Positions 50,320 through 59,491 of a stretch of DNA of 64,000 bases are shown piece after piece; positions within the stretch are counted from its first letter, which is position 1; every line of letters starts with the position of its first letter. Position numbers and translations under genes: made by a program. The notes beneath the pieces were generated by a model. That model made no database searches. It worked only from the letters and a program-made list of their open reading frames with translations, and was not told the origin of the DNA. This stretch comes from Candidatus Poribacteria bacterium. GTDB lineage: Bacteria; Poribacteria; WGA-4E; WGA-3G. Location: positions 2,688,001 through 2,752,000 of the forward strand of contig OZ240248.1 in the NCBI GenBank assembly GCA_965198235.1, written 5' to 3'.

Positions 50320-51249
50320 ATGGCTACAGAAAACGCGAACACGCCACGCAAGACATCGCTGCTTGAATATTTTTTGCCGGAGAGGGCCGCGGAGATGCGT
50401 TCAGATTTGGAGAACTTGTTCGCTACCTTGCAGGGTGATGAACTTCTGGAAGCGGTTATTGAACGGCTCCAGCGGTATGCAATCGAAGGATTAGATGAGT
50501 CTGCTCTCTTGAATTTCAGACGTTACAAATCACCGCATATCTTAGGAACAATCAGAGAGACCGTCTCTGAAGAATTGATGGAATGGATCTCAAATTTTAT
50601 CTCGGACGTACACCGAGAGTTTATTGTCCGTTGTCATGCACGAGGGCTCTCTACTTCCGAGGCAGTTTGGGCGTTGATGCAGGAAGACAAGACGCTGAGT
50701 CGCTTGGCACAGGAAGATGTGATGGGGTCGAGGAGTCTCCGGCGTACATTAGTTACACGGTTGGCATATCTGAAACCGGGCACCGCACGGTGGCCTGAGA
50801 GAAAATACGGCGCAATCTGGCGCGAGGCGCGGGAACAGCATAAACAGGAAATACGTGATATTCCACTCACATCGCCAATGGAACAGGTTGCATTATTAGC
50901 CAAGCACGCAGATTATATTAACGAAATGTTAGATGATAGTAATCATTCTGTGAAAGATTTTCAATTGTTGACGGATGCGTTGGTTAAAACGGTGGAAGCT
51001 CTACAGAAGTTGTCTTCGATTGAACAGCAGGTACCGCCGAACTTATCTGGGACACAGCTCGTCGCTGTCTTAGAACGGTTAACACTCGCGTTGGATACAC
51101 CCGAACAATTCGCACTCACCGGCAACACTGAGGCACTTGTTGGGGTTCTGGAGCGGTTAACAGTTGCTTTGAAGTCATCTGATCACAAGGTGATTGCGGG
51201 CAAAACTGAAAGCGTGCCTATAGATACGGGTGCGGACAATCCGGCGTGA
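50320..51249 (+). CDS. Hypothetical protein, central region resembles DUF2280
   Basis: GGAGG RBS; S...R.FIV...A....SEAV...YLKP...W.E.RE.....DIPL pattern recalled from DUF2280. Confidence 0.6.
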   Translation: MATENANTPRKTSLLEYFLPERAAEMRSDLENLFATLQGDELLEAVIERLQRYAIEGLDESALLNFRRYKSPHILGTIRETVSEELMEWISNFISDVHREFIVRCHARGLSTSEAVWALMQEDKTLSRLAQEDVMGSRSLRRTLVTRLAYLKPGTARWPERKYGAIWREAREQHKQEIRDIPLTSPMEQVALLAKHADYINEMLDDSNHSVKDFQLLTDALVKTVEALQKLSSIEQQVPPNLSGTQLVAVLERLTLALDTPEQFALTGNTEALVGVLERLTVALKSSDHKVIAGKTESVPIDTGADNPA

Positions 51250-51409
51250 AACGATTCCGCTTAATTTAGATTTACTGTATCGCTGGCGAGGTTTCCTTGA
51301 GAAAAAAGAAACGCCCTATCAAAAACCCCTATCAAAAACCCCTCGCCCACATATTTCCAGAACCCATCGGAAATTTCAACGACCACGGATCACCCTTAAC
51401 TCACGAAAT

Positions 51410-51542
51410 TTTCATAGCAGTTTCATAGCAGTTTCATAGCAGTTTCATAGCAACCTTTGATGAAAACCGTCTAAAACCCAATCGTGGTCAGGGTTTATCG
51501 CCTTTCGCGACACCTATTGATTTCTCGGTTTTGCTATGAAAA
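51410..51542. repeat. 4 x 11-bp tandem repeat TTTCATAGCAG plus inverted copy
   Basis: Units at 51410, 51421, 51432, 51443; TTGCTATGAAAA at 51531-51542. Confidence 0.85.
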
Positions 51543-51930
51543 CTGTGAAATTATTCTAACCCAAGTTGCCATCTTTGTAGCACAATCTGTATGAAGTTTC
51601 ATAAAATATTTGGGTAATTCTATGTTTTCCCCAGGTCCGGTAGGTGCGGTATTTCTGCGGATTTCCCGCACCGGACATCGTTCGGAAATTACCGAATTAT
51701 AGTAAAGCCCGAAAATATGTGAACACAGGGGATTTGGGGACCTCCCGCTTCGCTGGCGAGGTTTCCGAACCTCGTCAACTCTTTAGTGTACACTTAATTG
51801 TGGATTTTGCCATAAATGACCTCTGGTAATTCGATGTTTCCCTTGACTGTTTTTGCCAAATGCACTATGATTATAGGCGTTTATTGTAGTCTACATCCTT
51901 AAATGTCAGAGATAAAAAAGGAGAATTCTT

Positions 51931-52899
51931 GTGCAAGAACTCCATGATTTGATTGAACGGCAACCCTACACGCGTCTCATCACTCCCAAACGGATTTTGT
52001 TTGCGGTTCTCGGTGTGATCGTCTTAGGGTGCTTAGCGACGAGTTTTTATACGGTTGAAGCAGACGAAATCGCGGTTGTGCTGATGTTCGGTAAATCTGT
52101 CCGACAAGCCGAGCCGGGACTCCACTTCAAGTTCCCACTCGGCATTGAGAGAGCCATTAACGTGCCTGTCCGAAAGGTCTTCAAAGAGGAATTCGGTTTT
52201 CGGACGCTGAGAGCCGGCGTTCGGACACAGTATGACACCCGTGATTACGCCGACGAATCCTTGCTACTAACGGGAGACCTGAACATAGCCGATGTCGAAT
52301 GGGTGGTTCAGTATAAAATCAAGGACCCGAAAAGTTTCTTGTTTTCTGTGAGGAATCCACGGCAGGCTTTACGCGACCTCACTGAATCAGTGATGAGCCG
52401 GATAATTGGGGATCGAACTGTCACCGAAGTGTTGACTGTCGGTCGTATTGAAATCGCGGCGGAAGTTGAAAAACATCTTCAACGACTGCTGGATCTGTAT
52501 CAGACCGGGTTAGATGTAGCAACGGTAACCTTGCAGGATGTGAATCCGCCAGAAGCGGTAAAGTCCGCCTTTAACGCCGTTAACGAGGCGAAGCAGGAGA
52601 AAGAGCGATTAATTAACGAGGCGTGGCGCGATTACAACCAATCTGTTCCGAAGTCCAAAGGGTTGGCATTACAAAAGGTTTCCGAAGCACAGGGTTACGC
52701 GCTGAAGCGGGTTAACGAAGCGCAAGGCGATGCAGATCGGTTCAAGTCGATTCGCTCGGAATATCAAAAGGCGAAAGCGGTTACCCGTCGCCGACTCTAT
52801 CTGGAAGCCATGCGAGAGGTTTTGCCACAGGTTAAAGAGATTTATGTTATTGACGGTAAAGTCAACGCACCTATCCCAATCCTGCAACTCAAAGAATAG
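51931..52899 (+). CDS. hflK: FtsH protease modulator HflK
   Basis: SPFH domain, PGLH, LLTGD.NI.DV, V.PP..V..AF, RLYLE; promoter TTGACT-17-TATGAT at 51843-51871. Confidence 0.93.
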   Translation: MQELHDLIERQPYTRLITPKRILFAVLGVIVLGCLATSFYTVEADEIAVVLMFGKSVRQAEPGLHFKFPLGIERAINVPVRKVFKEEFGFRTLRAGVRTQYDTRDYADESLLLTGDLNIADVEWVVQYKIKDPKSFLFSVRNPRQALRDLTESVMSRIIGDRTVTEVLTVGRIEIAAEVEKHLQRLLDLYQTGLDVATVTLQDVNPPEAVKSAFNAVNEAKQEKERLINEAWRDYNQSVPKSKGLALQKVSEAQGYALKRVNEAQGDADRFKSIRSEYQKAKAVTRRRLYLEAMREVLPQVKEIYVIDGKVNAPIPILQLKE

Positions 52900-52923
52900 A
52901 GCGTCTACAAAAGGAGTGTTCCG

Positions 52924-53886
52924 ATGAAGTCGACAAAAGTTCTCATACCGTTGATTGTTATTGTAGTTTTGGTGGTGCCGGTTGCGGCAGGTATGTTCTA
53001 TACTGTCTATGAAGGTGAACAGGTCGTAATTACCGAGTTTGGTCGTCCTATTGGGAAACCTATCGTCACTGCTGGGTTAAAAGTAAAAACGCCGTTTATT
53101 CAGCAGGTCCACCGCTTTGAAAAGCGCGTGCTTGAGTGGGATGGGTCCCCTAACCAGATTCCGACGAAGGATAAGAAATTCATCTGGCTTGATACGACGG
53201 CGCGGTGGCGTATTAAAGACGCTCTTAAGTTCTATCAAGCACTCGGGACGGAAGAGTTTGCGCAGTCTCGTTTGGATGACATTATTGATTCTGCGGCGCG
53301 TGATTTAGTAACGGCGCAGCTGCTGATTGAGGTTGTGCGAGATTCAAATCGGGTGTTAAGTCTTGATCTGGAAGTCCTTGAAGATGAGGAAGGGCAATCC
53401 GGCGAACCGTTGGAAGAGATTCAGATTGGCAGGGAGCGGATTACACGGATGATTCTCGAAAAAGTTCAGGAAACTGTCCCACAGTTTGGGATCGAACTCG
53501 TTGATGTTCAGGTAAAGCGAATTAACTATGTAGATGAAGTCCGTAAGAAGGTCTTTGATCGCATGATTTCGGAACGTCAACGTATCTCTGAAAAGTATAA
53601 ATCGGAGGGTGAAGGCGAAGCCGCGGACATCATGGGGCAGAAGCAGAAGGAGTTAGAACGGATCCAATCTGAAGCGTATAAGGAAGCCGAGCAGCTTAAA
53701 GGCGATGCTGATGCGGAAGCCATCCAAATCTATGCCGAAGCGCACGGTCAAGATCCGGAGTTTTTCGCCTTTATCCAAACCCTTGAAACGTATCGGCAGA
53801 CAACCGGCGAGCATACAAAACTCATCTTGACAACGGATAGCGACCTCTATAGGTATCTCAAAAGCAGTGAAGCACTCAGGCGTTGA
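52924..53886 (+). CDS. hflC: FtsH protease modulator HflC
   Basis: T.DKK.I..D..ARWRI.D, RMISER, DPEFF.F...LE.Y. Confidence 0.94.
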   Translation: MKSTKVLIPLIVIVVLVVPVAAGMFYTVYEGEQVVITEFGRPIGKPIVTAGLKVKTPFIQQVHRFEKRVLEWDGSPNQIPTKDKKFIWLDTTARWRIKDALKFYQALGTEEFAQSRLDDIIDSAARDLVTAQLLIEVVRDSNRVLSLDLEVLEDEEGQSGEPLEEIQIGRERITRMILEKVQETVPQFGIELVDVQVKRINYVDEVRKKVFDRMISERQRISEKYKSEGEGEAADIMGQKQKELERIQSEAYKEAEQLKGDADAEAIQIYAEAHGQDPEFFAFIQTLETYRQTTGEHTKLILTTDSDLYRYLKSSEALRR

Positions 53887-54074
53887 GCCTCATACAGCGG
53901 TCAGCAAGGAGATTTGTAGCCCCGTAGGGGCGGCATTTGTATAGAGTCGCTTGAAATATTTCTATTTGTGCTATGATGCTGGTTGAAGTCTGAAATCGAG
54001 GGTTTCCTCTATTGCGTGAATCGTCAACGCTCTCCTCTCAGTGCCGTAGGTTGGGTTGAACGGGAACCTACTAA

Positions 54075-54270
54075 CATTCGCAGCCTCGCCGAAGAGGGGT
54101 TCGTTGACACGGTGGAAGTCGCTATCATCCCAATCATACTTGGCGGAGGTGTTCCGCTCGTTGCCGAGCTGTCCACGCGAGTCTCACTGACGTTAAAGGA
54201 GCACACGGTGTACAAGAAGACCGGGACCGTCGGGTTGGTGTACACCGTAAACAGTGCCGGTCAGACGTGA
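54075..54270 (+). pseudogene. C-terminal fragment of a RibD_C/dihydrofolate reductase-like protein
   Basis: SL...G.VD.....IIPIILG.G.PL...G.V.L.Y; a REP-like sequence at 54046 sits where the 5' part should be. Confidence 0.65.
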
Positions 54271-54449
54271 GCACGGGACCTCGAAGGTCCACCGCTGGTG
54301 AGGTTCCCTTGGGGAAATCTCGCCAGCGGGGTGTTGGGTTTCGCTCCTCTTGAAATTGCCTCACAGTGAGAGTTATTTCTATAATTCACCATAATATTTC
54401 GACACTGAGGGTTGCTCCTCTGATAACTGAATACTGACAACTACATTCT

Positions 54450-56339
54450 GTGAAGCGTCAACTTTCTCCTCTTAGTTTAAAAGCGGTTTGCATCGGACTG
54501 CTGCTAATTCCAGCGAATGCGATGTGGCAGATGATGGGGCTGCGTTGGGACATCGCACACATGTCGATGATCTCGCTGCTCTATAACACGATCACGCTGC
54601 TGTTCGTGCTGACGATCGTGAACCGCTTCGCGAAAAAAGTTTCACCTCAACTCTCTCTTTCCGCTGCCGAACTCCTAACAATCTATGTGATGTTGTGCCT
54701 CTCGACCGCGATCGGTGGGCACATGTGCGTGCAGATTCTCCTTCCGATTATTAGCTACGCCTTCGCTTATGCCACACCGGAGAACGATTGGCAGTCCCTG
54801 TTTTGGCATTATATCCCGTCATGGGCATCGGTCACTGATAAGCGCGGACTCGCCAATTTTTTCGATGGCAGCTCTACGTTCTACCCGCACCTCGAGGCGT
54901 GGAGCACCCCGTTGTTGTGGTGGGGACTTTTTCTCGCGGCACTGTTTTCGGTGATGCTCAGCATCAACTTCATTTTCCGAAGGCAGTGGACCGAAAATGA
55001 GAAGTTGAGTTATCCGCTGATCCAATTGCCGCTGGCGATGGCGAATCCAAGAAGCGGGTTCTTCCGAAACAAGGCGATGTGGATCGGGTTCGGGGTTGCG
55101 GCTGGTATCGATCTCCTCAACGGGGTTAATTACCTGTTCCCGCAAGTGCCGCGGCTCAGTGGTATCCGTGCGTACGACATCGCCGATTTCTTTACTGTCC
55201 GTCCGTGGAACGCGATTACATGGTTCCCAATCGGCATTTACCCCTTCGCCGTTGGATTGGCATTTTTTATGCCGTTGGAGTTGTCGTTCTCTTGTTGGTT
55301 CTTTTACCTGTATTGGCAGGCACTCCGTGTGTTAGGGAGTGCGGTCGGTGTGTCGGCACCGTTCCCGTATGCGGAGGAGCAGTCTTTCGGGGCGTATCTC
55401 GGTATCGGTGTGGTTGCGGTCTGGAGTGGGCGCCGATACTTGACCCAAGTGCTCCGTAGGCTGTTTGGCACGCGCGCGACGCTCGCGGATCAGGACGAGC
55501 CGATCTCTTACCGTGCGGCGGTGCTATGGATGTTGTTGAGTGTGGTGTTCCTTGTCGGGTTCTGCTATAAACTTGGGATGTCGTTGTGGGTCATCGCGAC
55601 CTTCTTTGGGCTTTTCTTCGGGTTAGCGACGGGGATTACGCGGATGCGTGCCGAACTCGGATCACCCGTTCACGACCAGCATTATGCAGGTCCCGACAGG
55701 ATGATGTATTCAGTCTTCGGGGCAAAACGGCTCGGTGTGAGTAATCTGACGGGATTGGCGTATCTCTACTTTTTCAATCGTGCTTACGATTGCCTGTTGA
55801 TGCCGCACCATCTTGAGGGTTTGAAAATTGCGGAGCGTGCTGACATCGAAAACAAGACCTTCGCGAAGGCGGTGATTGTCGCTATCGGTGTGAGTATCGT
55901 CGCGACGATCTGGGCGTACCTGCATGTCTCGTATCAGGACGGTGTCTATACAGCGTGGGCAGGCAGGGAGACCTTCAGTCGGCTCGGTAGACGGCTCGTC
56001 CAACCCGCGGGTCCCGATACCGCAGTGCTGAGCGCAATCAGTGTCGGGACAGTTGTTGCGATTCTTTTGGCTTTTTTACGCAGTCGGTGGATGTGGATGC
56101 CGTTCCATTCAGCGGGTTATGCCGTCACCAGCACCTTCACGATGAATTTCTTCTGGTTTTCGCTCCTTGTAAGTTTCATCCTGAAATGGATTATTACGAA
56201 ACATGGTGGCATCGGCGGTTTTCGGAGGGCGGCACCCTTCTTTCTCGGTCTTGTATTGGGGGAGTTTGTGGTGACGACTTTCTGGGGCACAGTGGCGATT
56301 CTGTTCCGGGTGGAGACCTACATTACGATTAATTTGTAG
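54450..56339 (+). CDS. Polytopic membrane protein, DUF6785/DUF6784-like (putative transporter)
   Basis: ELLTIYVM, RRQW.E.EKL.YPL.QLP, RMRAE.G, W.PFH..GY, P.FLGL.LGE. Confidence 0.75.
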   Translation: MKRQLSPLSLKAVCIGLLLIPANAMWQMMGLRWDIAHMSMISLLYNTITLLFVLTIVNRFAKKVSPQLSLSAAELLTIYVMLCLSTAIGGHMCVQILLPIISYAFAYATPENDWQSLFWHYIPSWASVTDKRGLANFFDGSSTFYPHLEAWSTPLLWWGLFLAALFSVMLSINFIFRRQWTENEKLSYPLIQLPLAMANPRSGFFRNKAMWIGFGVAAGIDLLNGVNYLFPQVPRLSGIRAYDIADFFTVRPWNAITWFPIGIYPFAVGLAFFMPLELSFSCWFFYLYWQALRVLGSAVGVSAPFPYAEEQSFGAYLGIGVVAVWSGRRYLTQVLRRLFGTRATLADQDEPISYRAAVLWMLLSVVFLVGFCYKLGMSLWVIATFFGLFFGLATGITRMRAELGSPVHDQHYAGPDRMMYSVFGAKRLGVSNLTGLAYLYFFNRAYDCLLMPHHLEGLKIAERADIENKTFAKAVIVAIGVSIVATIWAYLHVSYQDGVYTAWAGRETFSRLGRRLVQPAGPDTAVLSAISVGTVVAILLAFLRSRWMWMPFHSAGYAVTSTFTMNFFWFSLLVSFILKWIITKHGGIGGFRRAAPFFLGLVLGEFVVTTFWGTVAILFRVETYITINL

Positions 56340-56431
56340 GACAGATCTCCGAATCCCGACTTCTGATACATAATCCTGTGAATCCTTTTCAAGTCTGAAA
56401 ACTCCGCCCTAAAGTGCGGGAAGGAATTATA

Positions 56432-56974
56432 ATGAAAGTCTTGGTCGGTTCTGGAAATTCAGTGAAAATTCAGAGCGTGCGGGAAGGTTTTTTAACATTT
56501 TTTGAACATGTAGCGGTCGAAGGTATAAACGTTGATACAGGTGTTCCCGAGCAGCCTGTTAATTATGAGACATTTGAGGGTGCCAAAAATCGCGCTGAGA
56601 ACGTTAAGCGAATAAATGATCAACAGAACCTCAACGCGACATTTTTTCTCGGAATTGAAGGAGGCGTTCTTCAACTCCATGATAGGTGGTTTAGTTTGAA
56701 TGTCGTTTATATTTTAGATCAACACAATCGAGACAGTTTTGCCACAACTGGACTTTATGAATTGCCCAGTGCGATATCGAAAGACCTTTTGATCGAAAAA
56801 GGATTAGGACGTGCCCTTGGTGAACTTGCCAATGATAACTATGCTGCCCGTGAACATGGCACTGTTGGATTTCTGACAAATGGTAAGATGGATAGGTTCC
56901 AAAATCAGGCACAAGGCATAACTTTAGCATTAATCCCTTTTCTTAATGACAACCTTTATTTTCCTTCTTCCTGA
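56432..56974 (+). CDS. yjjX: Inosine/xanthosine triphosphatase (DUF84)
   Basis: GS.N.VK, GVPEQP...ET..GA.NRA, GIEGG, G.VG.LT.G..DR. Confidence 0.85.
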   Translation: MKVLVGSGNSVKIQSVREGFLTFFEHVAVEGINVDTGVPEQPVNYETFEGAKNRAENVKRINDQQNLNATFFLGIEGGVLQLHDRWFSLNVVYILDQHNRDSFATTGLYELPSAISKDLLIEKGLGRALGELANDNYAAREHGTVGFLTNGKMDRFQNQAQGITLALIPFLNDNLYFPSS

Positions 56975-57150
56975 TAGACGGCACGAATTTTGAGGGAAAG
57001 GTTGTGTATGAATTTTGTTAAAAGTAGTAGGGTCTTTAGAAGGTTTCTCATACGCGGAAACCTTCTCCCTCCGTGGGTTCTCCGTAACTTGGATCTTTAT
57101 TATCATCCAACCCAACCTACACGATTGCCTAGTGCGGTTAGAAACCGCAC

Positions 57151-58619
57151 CATAGGTGTCAATTTAGGGGGTTTTCAGTGGCCTCTTGGAGTCGTCTAAG
57201 GGTTGTATTTTTTCCAGTGCTTCTCTGAAAAGAGCCTCCCTTTTCAAATGAACGTCTTATGTTTTTCAAGGTTTCAAGGAGTGCGGTTTTTGAGTGATGA
57301 AAACTCATCGTTAGCAGCCTTGCATAGCCTGCGATATATTTTGCGGTCTTGATGAAACTGTGTTGTATCTGTCGGTATCCGGCGGCTAACATGACGGTGT
57401 GTTGAATCAGGAGCGCGATGAGTTTGGCATAGATTTCAGATAAGATCCGATAGGGTTTCTGACTCCGAGAGACAGTCAGTTTTCCGGTGCTTTTGAAGCC
57501 TTTAAACATCAACTCAATCTGCCATCGGATGCCGACGATGACTGCTATCTGTTTGGGAGTGAGTCGATGTTCTTCGATATTGGTGATATAAAGGTTGTAT
57601 CCAGCGAGCCGTAAGAGGGTTTTTGAGGGGGTTTGGGCTTTGCGTTTGGCACGGTATCGGATGGAGCGTCGGCGTTTATTTGTCTGTGCTTGCGAAAGTC
57701 TTTGGGCGACGAGATAAACCGGAAGTTGCTTTGTTTTTCCGATCCGAATAGACTTACGGATGAAGGTGTCTTCTTGAGTGGCTTTGAGCATCTTTTCTAA
57801 AGAGAGACGTTCCCCGTTTTGATCAGACAGATAAGAGTTGGCTTTCAAGCGAGAGATCCAGTAGATGCCGTTTTCAGTAAGTTTCTCAAACGTATCGAGC
57901 GAAAAATAAGCGAGGTCTGCGAGTTGTAAACTTCCCTGTGGGAGTGGCTCCGATGCCTTTACGGTTGTGGAATCGGCAGCCATACCCTCGGTGAGTTGGA
58001 ACTGTTGGAAGCCCCCCGTAAGCACATCAAAGCGCAGATGAAGTTTCAGTGCGGCTTTCTGCGGATGATTCTTTTTCGGGTGTCCTTTCCACATCTCATG
58101 GAGTTCATCGGGGAGCGATATCCATGTGCTGTCTTGAACATAAACACCGTTGAAATGCTGAAGTAAAGGGAGCTCTTGCGGGTCAGAAGCCACCTCAATC
58201 GTATGTGCGATAGCCGTTTCGAGAGTGATCTTCAGCATTTCAGCGGTTTCTGGGGTGAGGCGCTGCTCAATGGCTTGTCGGGAGACACTGATGCCCAAGA
58301 AACTCGCAGTTTCAGCAAGTTGCTGATAACTCGCCTCTGGATGTTCTAACCAGCCAAGGACGAGGATTTCAGCCAGCGCACTCCCCGTGAGTTTTCGCCT
58401 TCTTTGGAGCATACCGCTCTCAACGGCAGCTTTATCTGGGAGACTTCTCAGAATCTCTTGCATTTTATCGCAAACCTGTTGTAAAATGGACATTGGAAAC
58501 ACCTCTTTTGTAGAATCGATTTGAATCTCTTTTCTACATTATGTGAGAGGTGTTTCTACTTGGCAACACTTTTTTATGCTCTAAAAATACACGGATCTGC
58601 TCCTAAATTGACACCTATG
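57151..58619 (-). mobile_element. IS4-family insertion sequence (1469 bp), 18-bp perfect TIRs, 19-bp flanking direct repeat
   Basis: CATAGGTGTCAATTTAGG at 57151-57168 and its reverse complement at 58602-58619; GTGCGGTTAGAAACCGCAC on both flanks. Confidence 0.92.
57159..58502 (-). CDS. IS4-family DDE transposase
   Basis: QDST, ADLAY, RWQIEL.FK..K (the Y of the YREK motif appears as V); stop codon lies inside the TIR. Confidence 0.92.
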   Translation of the reverse strand: MFPMSILQQVCDKMQEILRSLPDKAAVESGMLQRRRKLTGSALAEILVLGWLEHPEASYQQLAETASFLGISVSRQAIEQRLTPETAEMLKITLETAIAHTIEVASDPQELPLLQHFNGVYVQDSTWISLPDELHEMWKGHPKKNHPQKAALKLHLRFDVLTGGFQQFQLTEGMAADSTTVKASEPLPQGSLQLADLAYFSLDTFEKLTENGIYWISRLKANSYLSDQNGERLSLEKMLKATQEDTFIRKSIRIGKTKQLPVYLVAQRLSQAQTNKRRRSIRYRAKRKAQTPSKTLLRLAGYNLYITNIEEHRLTPKQIAVIVGIRWQIELMFKGFKSTGKLTVSRSQKPYRILSEIYAKLIALLIQHTVMLAAGYRQIQHSFIKTAKYIAGYARLLTMSFHHSKTALLETLKNIRRSFEKGGSFQRSTGKNTTLRRLQEATENPLN

Positions 58620-58913
58620 GTGCGGTTAGAAACCGCACCATAGATATCCATTTCAAAAAGAGTGTGGAAAAAGGGATCGGACTGGAAATCTCACCAATGC
58701 ACTTGGAGATGAGCATTTTTTGTCTGAATCGCAGGTTTATCGGACGAAGCGGATTTCAAGAGTTTTTGATTGGCACTCTTAGTCCCGTACGGGTAGCATT
58801 TCCATAGCAGTTTTTCTTAAATTGACACGCATAATAGAGTGAACCCAACTGTTCAATCGAATTTACGCGCGTATTACTAAGTACTGGGTTCACTACAATA
58901 ACTGTCACTGGAA

Positions 58914-59480
58914 TTAGGTTTCCTTGGTTTTTACCAATTTCAGTTTTGTAAGAAAAGAAAGGACTTTTGCAATGTCTTTCTCAGTGAAATTCCAGCCATA
59001 CTGTTTGGCTGTTTGGCTGACTTCTTTTACACTCTTTTCTCCTTCCCAATCAACGATGTAATGCACTTTCGCTGCAATCGAGAGGAGGTTGAAATCATTG
59101 GCAATTTCTTGATTGTTGATTTTCTTAAGTGCTCTGTCCCACTTAAGGAAATCGTTTTTTTTCTGAGTGGTCTGCCAGACTCTTCTTCCTGCATCTGTGA
59201 GAAAATACGTATGTCGGCGCTTTTCACCTAAAGCATTCCGCTCAGTTGAATCTGTGGTAAAAAATTCTGTAACTTCCTTAAAGATGCCATCTTCGACTAA
59301 GCCATTTAGGTGTTCTGCAACAAAACCACTGTAAGGCCCGTAGTAGTGAGCAGAGAAGCCAAAATTTGCTTTTCGCAGGACCGATAAAAAATAAAGTTTC
59401 TTTTGAAGGAGTGTCCTACCGTGTAGGCCGTCTTTCCCTTCTCTTTTGACAACGAGTAGGAGGGCATCAATAATGTGCAT
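58914..59480 (-). CDS. YwgA/SocA-like winged-helix protein
   Basis: GRT.LQK..YFL, F..HYYGPYS, Y.LT..G; 11 bp downstream of the HD gene. Confidence 0.65.
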   Translation of the reverse strand: MHIIDALLLVVKREGKDGLHGRTLLQKKLYFLSVLRKANFGFSAHYYGPYSGFVAEHLNGLVEDGIFKEVTEFFTTDSTERNALGEKRRHTYFLTDAGRRVWQTTQKKNDFLKWDRALKKINNQEIANDFNLLSIAAKVHYIVDWEGEKSVKEVSQTAKQYGWNFTEKDIAKVLSFLTKLKLVKTKET

Positions 59481-59491
59481 ATCATCTCCTT

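Noticed and set aside
25678-58619. CRISPR-associated transposon (CAST) or retroelement
   Set aside because: No tnsB/tnsC/tniQ or reverse transcriptase in the window; the Cas3 nuclease and adaptation genes are present, and the IS4 is 7 kb from the array with its own ends.
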